From: Utricularia gibba
Lineage: Eukaryota; Plantae; Magnoliophyta
Direction: 5' to 3'
Length of the DNA: 64,000 bases
NCBI GenBank assembly: GCA_002189035.1
Contig: NEEC01000012.1
Location: 62,001 to 126,000, forward strand
The notes under the pieces are model-generated. The model saw only the letters and a program-made list of their open reading frames with translations, ran no database searches and was not told the DNA's origin. Both the position numbers and the translations under genes were made by a program. How positions within the stretch are numbered: the stretch's first letter is position 1; the number at the start of each line of letters is the position of its first letter. Shown piece by piece: positions 1 through 10,986 of the stretch.

Positions 1-475
1 CCGATTAAGATCTTAGTGTTGTGCGGGGTGCGATATGGTTGACGGAAACTGAGAAAGACAGGATTTTTACGTGAAAACCGTCGGAAAACGGAAAAACCAT
101 GGAGCTATCGGGGCTCGCCGAAAAAACAACCTTTACTAGACGGATGTGGAGAGAAAATACAAGTTAGAAGGCTTCGAGTCGAACCCTTTCTTCTTTGGGG
201 TTTCTTATATTTATAAGAGAGGTTGACTTGATCGAATTGTGAATTCTGCAAGTGTTGGTTGCTTTCCGCGCCTGTTGTACATACTGTAGTTCTGTTTTTT
301 GATAACCGCGAACTGCTCTGTCATCACCGTAATCCGACTACTTTTCAATCTATCCAAAACGGCCGTCGCTGACAACTCTGACACTTATCGATCTGTTGGC
401 CTATGCATGTCTATCATGACATCTTTCAGCTGCTTTTCAGTGGCCAATTACCTTACTCCGATTTAATCCCCATCA
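1..475 (-). repeat. 3' LTR of the Tat element (continues past the window start)
   Basis: Ends ...TTTAATCCCCATCA at 475 (TGATGGGG on minus strand); visibly similar to the solo LTR at 56074-56626 (e.g. TTTTTACGTG(A/G)AAACC...GGAAAAACCA(T/C)GGAGCT...GCTCGCCG). Confidence 0.8.
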
Positions 476-981
476 CTCACTACTCTGATTTACCGATATT
501 GGCTTTTCCAGGGCAGGTCGGTGAATCAGAGTCACTACTATGCTGTTCTCGAGCATGCCGATTTCCCATGAATAAGTCTTAAACTGATTTAAATCGATCT
601 CCATGCCACGCGTCATCTCCTGGATGCTCCACGTTTTTCCCGCTCATTTTGGGTACCTCAAATGACGCGCCGTTTCGACTTCCGAATACCCCCTCTATAA
701 ATACGTGCTCCTTTAGTCATTTCTTTCCTTTGCTTCTCTGTTTTTGCCAGCCAGACTTCGGTGTTTCTTCACTCTCTATCGTGCTCGTCCGCTACATTCG
801 CTGCCACGAAACCCACCGGAGACTACAAATTTTTCAGGTAGTTTTTCTTTTGCATCTCTTTTTGTTTGCCTTTGGGGATTTCTGGGTTCTACCGGACTTC
901 TAATCTATTTCCTCTCGACTTTCCCTCTGAAGGTTCAAACCCTTCTGTTTCGAATCCCTCTCTTCTTCAATTCTCCAAATC

Positions 982-2987
982 ATGATGGGTCAAAGGTCTA
1001 GTGAGTTGAATATTTCCTCCATTCGGTCTAAGTATTCGATTCCAGAGGAATATATCATTTCCCACGCTAAAGACGGCCAGATTTCTTGGGGATTTGGGGA
1101 AAGACCTCTTCCCCGTTTCAGTATTCCTATCCCCCTCTCCTATCTGGAAAGCAGCCTCGGATTTCCGCTTCACCCTTTACTCATTCAAGTTCTCCACATG
1201 TTCGCTATCCCCCTCTGTTTTACCGCTTTCTTATTCTATTTGGCGGGTATGGATCCAGCAATGACCCTGGTGGATTTTTTCCAACTTTTTAAATTTACGG
1301 TTCAAAAAGCTAAGCTGTCAAAGATTAAGCCATTCAGTCGCTTTCATCCTTCTAACGAGTCTCGTAGGGACGTGTATCGAAGACTTGGTGAGTGCTCTAT
1401 GAAATACGAGTCCCGGTCCCAAATACTCTCATGGGATACTTTGACAGCTTGTGGGATCCTTGGCCATACTCGAGGTGGGCAATGGTCTGACTTCATCATT
1501 CCTCCAGGTTCTAAGTTAGAGTTTTGTCCCCTCTTTCAATCTCCGCCCGATATTCCTGTCATTTCGGATACGCCCTCCACTTCCGATCCGATAATATTTG
1601 TTCCCACTAGCCCTGTCCCAAAGCCCTCAGCTCCAAAGAAAAAGAGGAGGGTTAAGGTTTCTGCTCAGAAACCCTCGAAAAACGGAAAAGTAGCCCGTAA
1701 TATTCTCCTAGTCATGAGTTCTTTTTTGTTGTTTTCATACGTTTTGGTCTGATATGCAGTTGAGGAAATGGCACGGAGGAATGCTTTGGAGGACTCGGTG
1801 ATGGCACGCTTTTCTATCGAGATGCACAGAATGCAGGAATCGGATGCAGCCCCCTCTGTGCAGGTTTGCTTGGTTTTTGCGATCCATTCTTATGGGCTCC
1901 CGACCCTAATTTCTTCACCTCTTTTTCTAGGCCGATCCCGAGGAGGCTCAAACGGATGCAACCAACTACCTTTTAGGAGGGGATCAAGCGATTGAGGTTT
2001 CCAGGATTCGGGAGCTGACGCCTCCTCCTGCCATCGGGAAGGGAAAAGGGAAACTCTTCCCTTCTCCTCAGGCCGCCGAAGTTCCGATTCTCGTCAGGGG
2101 AGTCTTGTCAACTGACGCCTCCACATCGGCCCCTCCAAATGAGGCACGGAGGGAATCTCCTCCAATTGAGATAAGGGAGGATCTAGCCCATCTCCCGTCT
2201 TCGGTTTCGGCCGAATTAAGCAGAATACTGAAGGAAGCCATGCCGAGTCTTCCAGATGTTCAGCCGGAAGTTGTGCTTCAGGGAATCTGGTAGGTATTCA
2301 TCTTCTTCCTTCTCAGGGCTATACATAACCGATTCTTGACTTAATTATCTTTCTGCAGGCTTTGACTTTCGGTTGAGGAATGGCTAAGGAGATCGGTTCC
2401 CACTCGGAGAGATTTTCACGACTTCAAGCCCTCGCTATAGCCCAGGATGCAAAGATAAAGCTCTTGGAGGAGGAAGGAAGTTCATTAAGGATGGTCCTAG
2501 GAAACGGCATTCGCCGCGAGCAAGAATTGTAGAATGTGATAGACGAGATGGGGAAGGCGATTGATGAGGCCAACTCCGAAAAGGAGAGCTTCAAAGTAAG
2601 GTTCGGAGAGGCGGAAACGGAATTGAAGCATGCCAAGGACCATGTCTCGGCTTTTGGAGGACTTCGTCAATTCAGCTTGGTTCTTTGAACTATCTGATAT
2701 TTACGTGGGGGGACCTAATCGGCTGATTGCTGTACCGATAGAGGCGTCAATTTAGCCAAGAATTCAGGCTGTCGATCACTAACCCTCGCTTCGACAGGAT
2801 CAACCCCTTGACAAAGGACGAAAACATGCTGGATGTTATTGTGGACGTGTTTCAAGCCTCGAAATTCAGGTTTGAAGCAGATGGGGAGCACCTAATAGCA
2901 CTTATTCGGGCTAGGATCCAGCGGGAGAACGAGGCAAAGTTAAGGGCGAGGTTAGGATCCAGAGGGACATGTCAGCCCCTCAACTAA
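982..2987 (+). pseudogene. Multi-exon antisense ORF inside the Tat element (N-terminus resembles the gypsy 'putative transposase'/Transposase_28-type domain; coiled-coil C-terminus), now with nonsense codons
   Basis: Exons 982-1696, 1760-1863, 1931-2293 and 2359-~2690+ join in frame across GT-AG introns of 63, 67 and 65 nt; TATAAATA at 697-704; stops TAG (2291-2293), TGA and TAG in exon 4 are each one C>T from Gln/Arg. 3' end approximate. Confidence 0.65.
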
Positions 2988-3869
2988 TCCCCTCCCCTGA
3001 ACTTTAATTTCTGTAGAACTAATGTTTTTGCCCTCGATTTGGGGTTTTCCGTACATTTGAGATCCCGGTTTGGGATTCTTTCTTTCAGTTTTACTTAAAT
3101 TTTTCATATTGCTTTCTCTTTCATTCATTTTTCCGATTTGAAAGTTGCGTGATTTGCCAGTCACTTGGATGGGCTTTTTTGCAAAGTCTTTTCTTATGCA
3201 TGCGAGACCGCTACTAAGGACGTAACTCGGAACCCTTATCGGGCTGAGATACCTCCTCAATCCAAATAGGATCTCTTCTGGCCAGATATATATGCTTTCA
3301 GGGCATAGTCAGATCTGCTTCGGGTGCACTTACCATCTCGAGATTCAGTAGCAAGATCTTTACTTAGGGCTTTTTCGGGGCTTACGCGAACGGCTTATGG
3401 AAACCGGTGCCCGATTCATACCATGGCTTACCGTTGCCACTAGTGCCTATGTTAGGGGATTCAATACTTCAGAGGGAGCCCTGGGATGCTTTGCTATGCC
3501 CATCGGAGGGTATAGACTTAGAAGGTTTGACTGGCTTACATGACTCGGTTAGGGCTTACAGTTCTATTAATTCATCTCCACTTTGGAGGAATGTATAACC
3601 GCTTGAGTGTTTAGATAAAGAAAATATCAAGATTGGTAAAAACCTGCAATAGGAATTGATATCGGGCCGATTAGGCGTAAAATCTTTTCAAATGTGATGC
3701 GTTCCATGACCTCGGGAATTCAACGCCATCTAGTTGTTCTAGATGATAAGCTCCTTTTCCGATCACCCTAGAAACCTGATAAGCACCTTCCCAATTGTGT
3801 TCCAATTTCTCAACGTGCCTTTACGGTTGGATGTTTCGAAGCACCAATTCACCTTCTGAGAATCCTCTT

Positions 3870-6800
3870 GGGGATACTGATCTGTAGTAGTTTTTCTCCG
3901 TTCTTCTCTGATAAGCCCCTAGTCGGCTGTAAATACTTTGTTGTTTTTCCTCAAACAACCCCAACTACACTTTTCACAGATCAGCATTTTCCTCTTCGTT
4001 GTAGTGTTCCACCCTGTAGTTTTTCAGTGTTAATTCGACTAGGCATAAGGCTTCCATTCCGTAAACTAACAAGAAAGAAGATTCTTCTATAGTGGTTCGA
4101 GGGTGGATCGATATGACCATAACACCTCATCCAGTCGGTCCGCCCATGATCCCACAAAATTCTCAAGTTTGGTTCTCAAACCTTGCCTGAGCGTCCGGTT
4201 CGTTACCTCTATAAGATCGTTGCTCTGAGGGTGATAGATCAAAGTGAAGTTGTGCCTGACCGAATACTTGTCTAAGAATCCGTCCATCTCCCCTCCATCA
4301 AACTGAGTCCCGTTATTGGTTACTAGCTCCCTAGGAACTCCAAATCGGATGCAGATGTTTCACCATAGAAATCGGATAACGGTTTCCTCTGATATCTTTT
4401 CCATGGCTTCTGCTTCCACCCATTTGGAGAAATATTCGACTCTGATGATAATGAATTTCCTCTTGCCCAAGGTTTGGGGAAAAGGTCCCATGATGTCTAC
4501 TCCCGAACAATCAAACGAGCATGAGAACGACAAAACAATTAGGCTGTTTACCGGTTTTTTAGGTATGCTTGCATGGTATTGGCATACTTTGCACCTCCTT
4601 ACCACTTCCATGACATCCTACTTCATAGTTGGCCAATAATATCCGCTTCTCAATGCCTTCCTGCATAGTGATCGTGCCCCAACATGATTGCCGCATTCTC
4701 CCTCATGCAAATCGGTTATGAGGTCTTGAGATTGCTCTTTTCCGATAAATCTCAACAAAGGCCCATCAAAAGACTTTCGATAGAGAACTCCGCCTATCAA
4801 TGTGTATCTTTGTCCCCTGATTTATAGTTTTTGGGCCTCCGATTGATCGACTGGTATCTCTCCGTTTTGCAGGTATCAAATATAGGGTGTCGTCCAGTCT
4901 TCAGGGGGATTAAGCTGCGAAGAGATGTTGTTCACCGATTGTTGGGTAATATGGTTCACTATCCATAAGACCACCGAGAGTTGACCTCGCAACAGGATCG
5001 TCACACTTCCTTCCTTTAGCTCCTGAAATCCTGCGGCAAAACGGGCGAAGCTGTCCACGGATCCGTTTTCTTCACGTGCCACATGTGATAGGGTAAGCAA
5101 TATAACGCCATTAATGGATCGTGAGTTTCGTACTCACCAGAGAATTGTCCTTGCACCAGCCGCGAGTCAATGTAAGCATTGAGTTCTGCAACTCCAAGTC
5201 CTTTGACTACCTTCATCCCTTCAATCAAGGCCTCATACTCGGCAACATTGTTGGTGGTGGGGAATGAGAACTTCACCGTGATGTAAATGTGTTCTCCGTC
5301 CTGAGTTTTGATATCAATTCCTCCTCCTGCCCCATTTTATCCTGATTCGTCGACATACATGGCCCATCGGTCATTGGTTTCCACGAATCTGTCATTTTGA
5401 CTACAAAATCGGTGAGAGGTTGGGCTTTGATTGCCGTTCTCGATCTGAATTCGATATTCATTGTGCTCAATTCAACTGCCCATTTGGTCACCTTTCCGGA
5501 AATTTCAGGTCGAGACAGAATGTTCTTTAATGGTTGATTGGTGAACCACAATATGCCGATCTTGGTGGCAGCCATTTTCAAAGCCAAGATGAACTTCTCG
5601 GTCACCGTATATCGGGTTTCTGCTGGTAGAAGAACCTTACTCATAATACACCGGCAGGTGCTTTTCTTCCGAAATAGTTGTCAGGACGGCACTAACTGCA
5701 ACGGGGCGATATTGATAGGTAAAGCCCCAAGGGTTCCCCTTCCTTTGAAGCCACCAGCAGTGGGGGTGATGAGAGATATTCCTTGAGTTTTTCGAAAGCA
5801 ACCCGACAATCCTCGTTCCATTCCACAGTGTTCCCCTTTCGAAAGGCCCTGAAAAAGATGCCGATTTTTTTGCCGACCGAGATATGAATCGACTAAGGGC
5901 GGCCAGTTTACCTGTGAGGCTCTGATATTCCTTAACTATTCTCGGGGCTGCATTTCACATATCGCCTTGATCTTTGCAAGGTCGGCCTTGATCCCCCTCT
6001 CTAATACGTAATAACCAAGGAATTTTCCGCTCTATACCCCAAAGCAACACTTTAGAGGGTTGAGTTTTAACTCGTATGATCAACATAGAGGGAAACAAGA
6101 ATCTAAATAAGCCAAATGATCTTCTTCATTCATTGATTTCACAATCATATCGTCTACGTACACTTCCATGGGGGTACCGATTTCGGAAGCAAAGATTTTG
6201 TTCACAAACCTTTGATAAGTAGCTCCAGTATTTTTCAAACCGAAAGGCATCGCGACGTAGCAATAAACCCCATCCTTGGTGTAAAAAGTAGTTTTCAGCT
6301 GATCCTTTTTTGCAACGAAAATCTGGTGATATCCGGAGTACGCGTCCATTGTGCTCAGGAATCGGGATCCGACAATGGCATCTACCAGCTTGTCAATCTT
6401 CGGGAGGGGGTATGGATCCCTCTCACAACAAGTGTTGAGGTCGGTGAAGTCGACACACATTCTCCATTTTCCTCTCGGCTTCGGGACAACAACAAGGTTG
6501 GTCACCCACTCGGAGTACTGAATCTCCTTCATGTAGCCGGCTTCCAGCAACTCTCTCATTTTCTCTATTATGATCCGGCACTTTTCTTCAGACAAATGCC
6601 GTTGCTTCTGTCGAATCGGTTTTGCTCCCAGATAGGTATCAATGTGATGTTTAGCAATAGATAGGCTGATACCTACAATCTGCAGCAGTCCAAGCAAAGA
6701 TATCAGTATTTTTCTTCAGGAGTTCCGCTAACCTTTCCTCAAATCTGGCCTCTAAGTTGGTGCCAATGAGGGTTATCCTCTGTATATCTCATGGTATTAA

Positions 6801-7080
6801 CCATAATTGCTTGTACTCTACAGGTTCCATGGCTTTTCTGGGAGGCTCCATGTGTTCCCTTTCCACCATCATTATTCTCGTTTTCTTCACGTAGGGGTCT
6901 CGACAAGAGGATACATAGCAGGATCAGGCGGCTGGTTGGTCGATATCAAGTGTGCAAACGCCCCTTGGTGTTGGAAACTTAACTTTCAGATGCATAGTGG
7001 AGGGTATCATACCGAATTGGTTGATCCCTAGTCGGCTAAGGATGATGTTATACGAAATTTCCTAATCCAGTATCCGTCTA
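3870..7080 (-). pseudogene. Degenerate pol polyprotein (PR remnant, RT, RH, aRH, INT) of the Tat element
   Basis: Domain motifs are split over several short ORFs in different frames by stops and frameshifts. Confidence 0.9.
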
Positions 7081-10000
7081 CCCGCGGGTCAACCCGTTCT
7101 ATATGATAACCGGTCATTCGTACTCGTACAATATAGATACGGGTCGAGTCGCCCAAAAACGAGAACAGGTTGACCCACCGGATTGGGCCAACCTGTAAAA
7201 GCCCAATCGAAATTAGGATAAATTTTGGATCTTCCTATCATATGCCCCATTATAATCCTTGTGAAGAATGGACATACGACAAGACATCTGATAGGACGAC
7301 AAGACATCTGATGGGATGACTGCATAATAAAGAGAGAAAGTAGACCCAATAATTGCAATGCTATTAATTGTACCGTAGCTTGATGGGCTACCCATTAACA
7401 TTGTTAATTCTAGGGTTAAAAAAAATAAGATGAGTAATTAGTACTTCATCAACTATTTTCATCTAAGTTTCCTTCTCAAATCTTCAACTTGAATATGACC
7501 GATCAATCATCCAATCCTTCGATTTCTCATCTTGTGGTTGATCTAGATGATGAACCTGAATTTCCAGAGAATGATTTCGGAGATCCAGAAGTTAGCTCAT
7601 CTTCAAACAAAAGAAAACATGAATCTTGTTGGCATGAGCACTTTGTTCATGATTCGGTAAGAGGAAAGGTAATATGCAAATATTGTCGTATTTCTTATAA
7701 GCATGGAAAAGGTGGTTCAACTTCGAATTTTTTGAGACATATAGTGAATAAACATCCTGATAGATGCAATAGTAATACTTTTCAATCTACTTTAAATGTT
7801 GTTGGAGGTAATGTTGCTACTAAATTTACATTCGATAATGAAGTAGCTCAAGTTGATTATGTTCTTGCTTTGTTAGCTAGTGGAAAACCTTTTACTGAAG
7901 TTTAAAATCCATTCATGTCAACTTTTTTTAAAACTAGATTGCAACCTCATTTTATGTCTTTTTCTAGAAGAAAAGCTGTTCGGATTGTCTTTGACCAATT
8001 TGAAAAGAAAAAAACAGCTTTAATTTCATCATTTCAATCTCTAAAATGTTGGTTTACATTGACTGTTGATGGTTGGCATGGGAATAATGGTGAGGATTAT
8101 ATTGTTGTCACTGCTAATTGGATTGATGATTTATGGATTATGCAAAAAAGAGTTTTAGCATTTAGACCTTATGGCACTCCACACACAGGTGCCCAAATTG
8201 CTCAATTGATTACTAGTGTTTGTGTTGAATATGGCATTGTTGAACGTGTATTTTCTGTTACTTTTGATAATGCTTCTAATAATTCAAATGCTATTTCAGC
8301 CTTGAAAACCTCTATTAATCCTCCTTTAGGTGGTGTTTTTTTTCATTTAAGATGTGTTTGTCATATTTTGAATTTAAATGTGCAAGATGCTTTAAGAATA
8401 TATGATTTTGCAGATGCTCTTGCTTCATTACGTAAGTTGGTTAAGTTAGTCAAGAAATCTAGTCCTAAAAGAGCCATTTTCAAAAATCTTTGTGAGGCTA
8501 GAGGCATTGCATATAGAACTTTAAAAAAAGATTGTCCAACTAGATGGAATTCTACTCTTCACATGCTTAGATCTTTGTTTCCATATAAGAGTATTATTCC
8601 CTTATTTATGAGAATGCATGTTGATCAAAATTGTTCAATTGATTCTGAAATATTTTTGAAATTTCAAACTTTGTGTGAAATGCTCGATGTTTTTTAGAAG
8701 TATACTACTTTATTTAGTGGTTGTTATTATCCAACAACTCATTTGGTGTTACCAGCTTTAGTTACTATTTCAAGTATATTTAAAAAATATGTTGAAGTTG
8801 AGTTTTTGTCAGAAACTGTTTCAGTGATGGTTGAAAAATTCGTTAAGTATTTTCTCAATGTTCCTATTCTATTTCTTATCTCCAGTATACTTGATCCAAG
8901 AGTTAAAGCTACTGGTTTACAAATTGGTTTGAAAGTTTATTGTTCTTATATTTGTTCTCTTTAGTTTCCATTATGTCAACCTAATGCTCAATATATGTAT
9001 GACACTGCAATCATTGTTTTAAATCATTTGTATGACTTATTTGAGGTTGAGACTGGTTGTGCTAGATCTGTTTCTGAGGTGGCTGAATTTGCCAACCTTC
9101 TGAAACAAATGATTTTTATGCTATGGTTTCAGCTTCTCCTAACAGTTTCACAAAAACCAGTGAGATTGCTTTATACAATGCAATGCATCAAGTGCAGCAT
9201 AAAGGAGAAAACTTTGACATTTTGGCTTGGTGGAAGGGTCAATCTTCAGTTTATCCTACTTTGGCAGCAGTGGCTAGAGCAATTCTCACATCCCCTGTGT
9301 CTACAGTTGCATCATAAAGTGCATTCAGTTTAGGTGGAAGAGTATTGTCACCAAGGTGGCTCAAATTAGCAGATAAAACATTGGAGGTTTGCATTTGTTT
9401 GAAGGATTAAACTGGAGCAGATCATATAATGCAAAATCTTGTCTTAGATGAAGATAATGATGATGACGACGAAGATGATGGTTCTACATCTGAAAAAGAG
9501 TAAACTTTTTTTCGTTGTTAATGTTTTTAGTTATTTTATATTTGAAACTAACAAAAAAAAATTTTTTAACTCCGCTGTATTGTTTGAAACTACACAGCCA
9601 GTCCCAAACCTGAAAAAAGGAGGGAAAACTTGTATATTTTTATTGTAGTTTTTGTACATATTCATTCATTTTAGTTTTAATTATATTAAAAGACATAATT
9701 TATATTATGATTATTTTTTATAGATTTGATTCAAAAAAATATAGTTTTCTACTTATATTTCATCAAATGGGTGTACATAAAATATAAAACTTTGTTTCAT
9801 ATTCATAAACAATTGTTTTATGATAATTAAAAGATGTAATTGATATGATTCACACCACGTACTCTACCTAGTCCCACCCCACCTCTTCTATCCAATCCAA
9901 CCATATTATTAGGGCATATTTAGTGATTTCCGGAAATGCTGACATGGCTTTCCGGAAATCACTTTTATTTTTCCGGAAACGACTTTTATTCTTAGATTTA

Positions 10001-10287
10001 TATGTTGCGGAAACCATTTTGAGGAAACTGATTTTCCTCATGAAAACTTAATAACTGAAATCACGTCATCATTTCATTGCAGCCAATCTCTCTCCAGTCT
10101 CTTTCCTCTTATCGAGGTGTTTGATTGACGTGTCACAACTCACCAACCCGTAATTGAATGACCCGCGGGTACTGGTTGAGTCAAGGATTGAGACCCGCCA
10201 ACCCGTGACTCGTCGACCCGTGACCCAGTACATGACCCGCGTGGGTGAACCCGTGACCCGGCGGTTTATGACCCGTGCCCAGGTCTA
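7081..10287 (+). mobile_element. hAT (Ac-like) DNA transposon; left TIR lost, right TIR present
   Basis: Right terminus CCCGTGCCCAGGTCTA (10272-10287); about nine ACCCG subterminal motifs in 10146-10275 and several at 7081-7190; internal transposase. Confidence 0.88.
7489..9410 (+). pseudogene. hAT transposase pseudogene (BED finger, DDE core, hATC dimerisation domain)
   Basis: BED finger (CKYC...STSNFLRHIVNKH), LTVDGW, VTFDNASNN, RCVCHILNL, CPTRWNST, SILDPR, FDILAWWK...PTLAAVARAILTSPVSTVAS; in-frame stops at 7903-7905, 8695-8697, 8962-8964 and a frameshift near 9100. Confidence 0.9.
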
Positions 10288-10986
10288 ATTGTTACCCCCC
10301 ATCGGCCCTAAAGGTGATATTCTTTCTAATATCGGGCCTTGAGCTGGAGCGCAACACCTACCCCCCCTATCTCCCGTAGAGATGCATCGGCATTTATGAC
10401 CATACAAACAAAACAACGCGAGATATCTGAGTTGGGTGATATCATCTGAATCCGCACTCGCCGCTTGAATCCATCCTTAGATCATAGATTCTGAAAAACA
10501 TGGAGCGGCCCCGTAAACGGTTTCTCCTTTTTTTTTTTTTTTTTTGAATTACTGGAACGAGTTGAACATAGAATAGGTGAATGACGAACACAGAAGTCAA
10601 GTTGTTACCAAATCAATGGCCTGGTTTCAGAACTATGGAACACTGATTATTTATTTGAGCTGATCTTTCAGTCTGCGATACTGTCAACTTTCATTCCAGA
10701 ACGCATTTGTTTCGAATTGTATACTTAGAGTATGACCAAAATTCTAGTGAGTGGTAGTTGTGGCATTAGAATCAGGATGCTTACTGGAGTGAATGAAGAT
10801 TTTGCCCTTTTTGCATACCTGTATGAGAACCAAGGTGTAGCATATTACAAAGTCAAGCCTCTTCGGAAGTCTACGAATTGAAAAAGTAAAAGACCCTTTT
10901 AATATTCCCTATTGGCTTCCCCCATTGTCTATATACTCCCACGCCTGTTGCCGAAACACCCAACAAGGAACCCCAAGCACTGGAGG

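Larger units (their letters stand above)
1..7080 (-). mobile_element. Ty3/gypsy LTR retrotransposon, Tat clade (Retand/Ogre-like), truncated: 3' LTR, long 3' region and pol present; gag and 5' LTR missing
   Basis: Minus-strand pol order: protease-downstream motif (YNIILSRLG...STMHLKVKFPTPRG, ~6960-7075), RT (KWRMCVDFTDLN...YVDD, 6080-6697), RNase H (5273-5644), second archaeal-type RNase H (TNNVAEYEALI, 5016-5276), integrase (HEGECGNH...CKVCQ; VDIMGPF, ~3900-4800). RT-RH-aRH-INT order is the Tat-clade hallmark. Confidence 0.92.
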
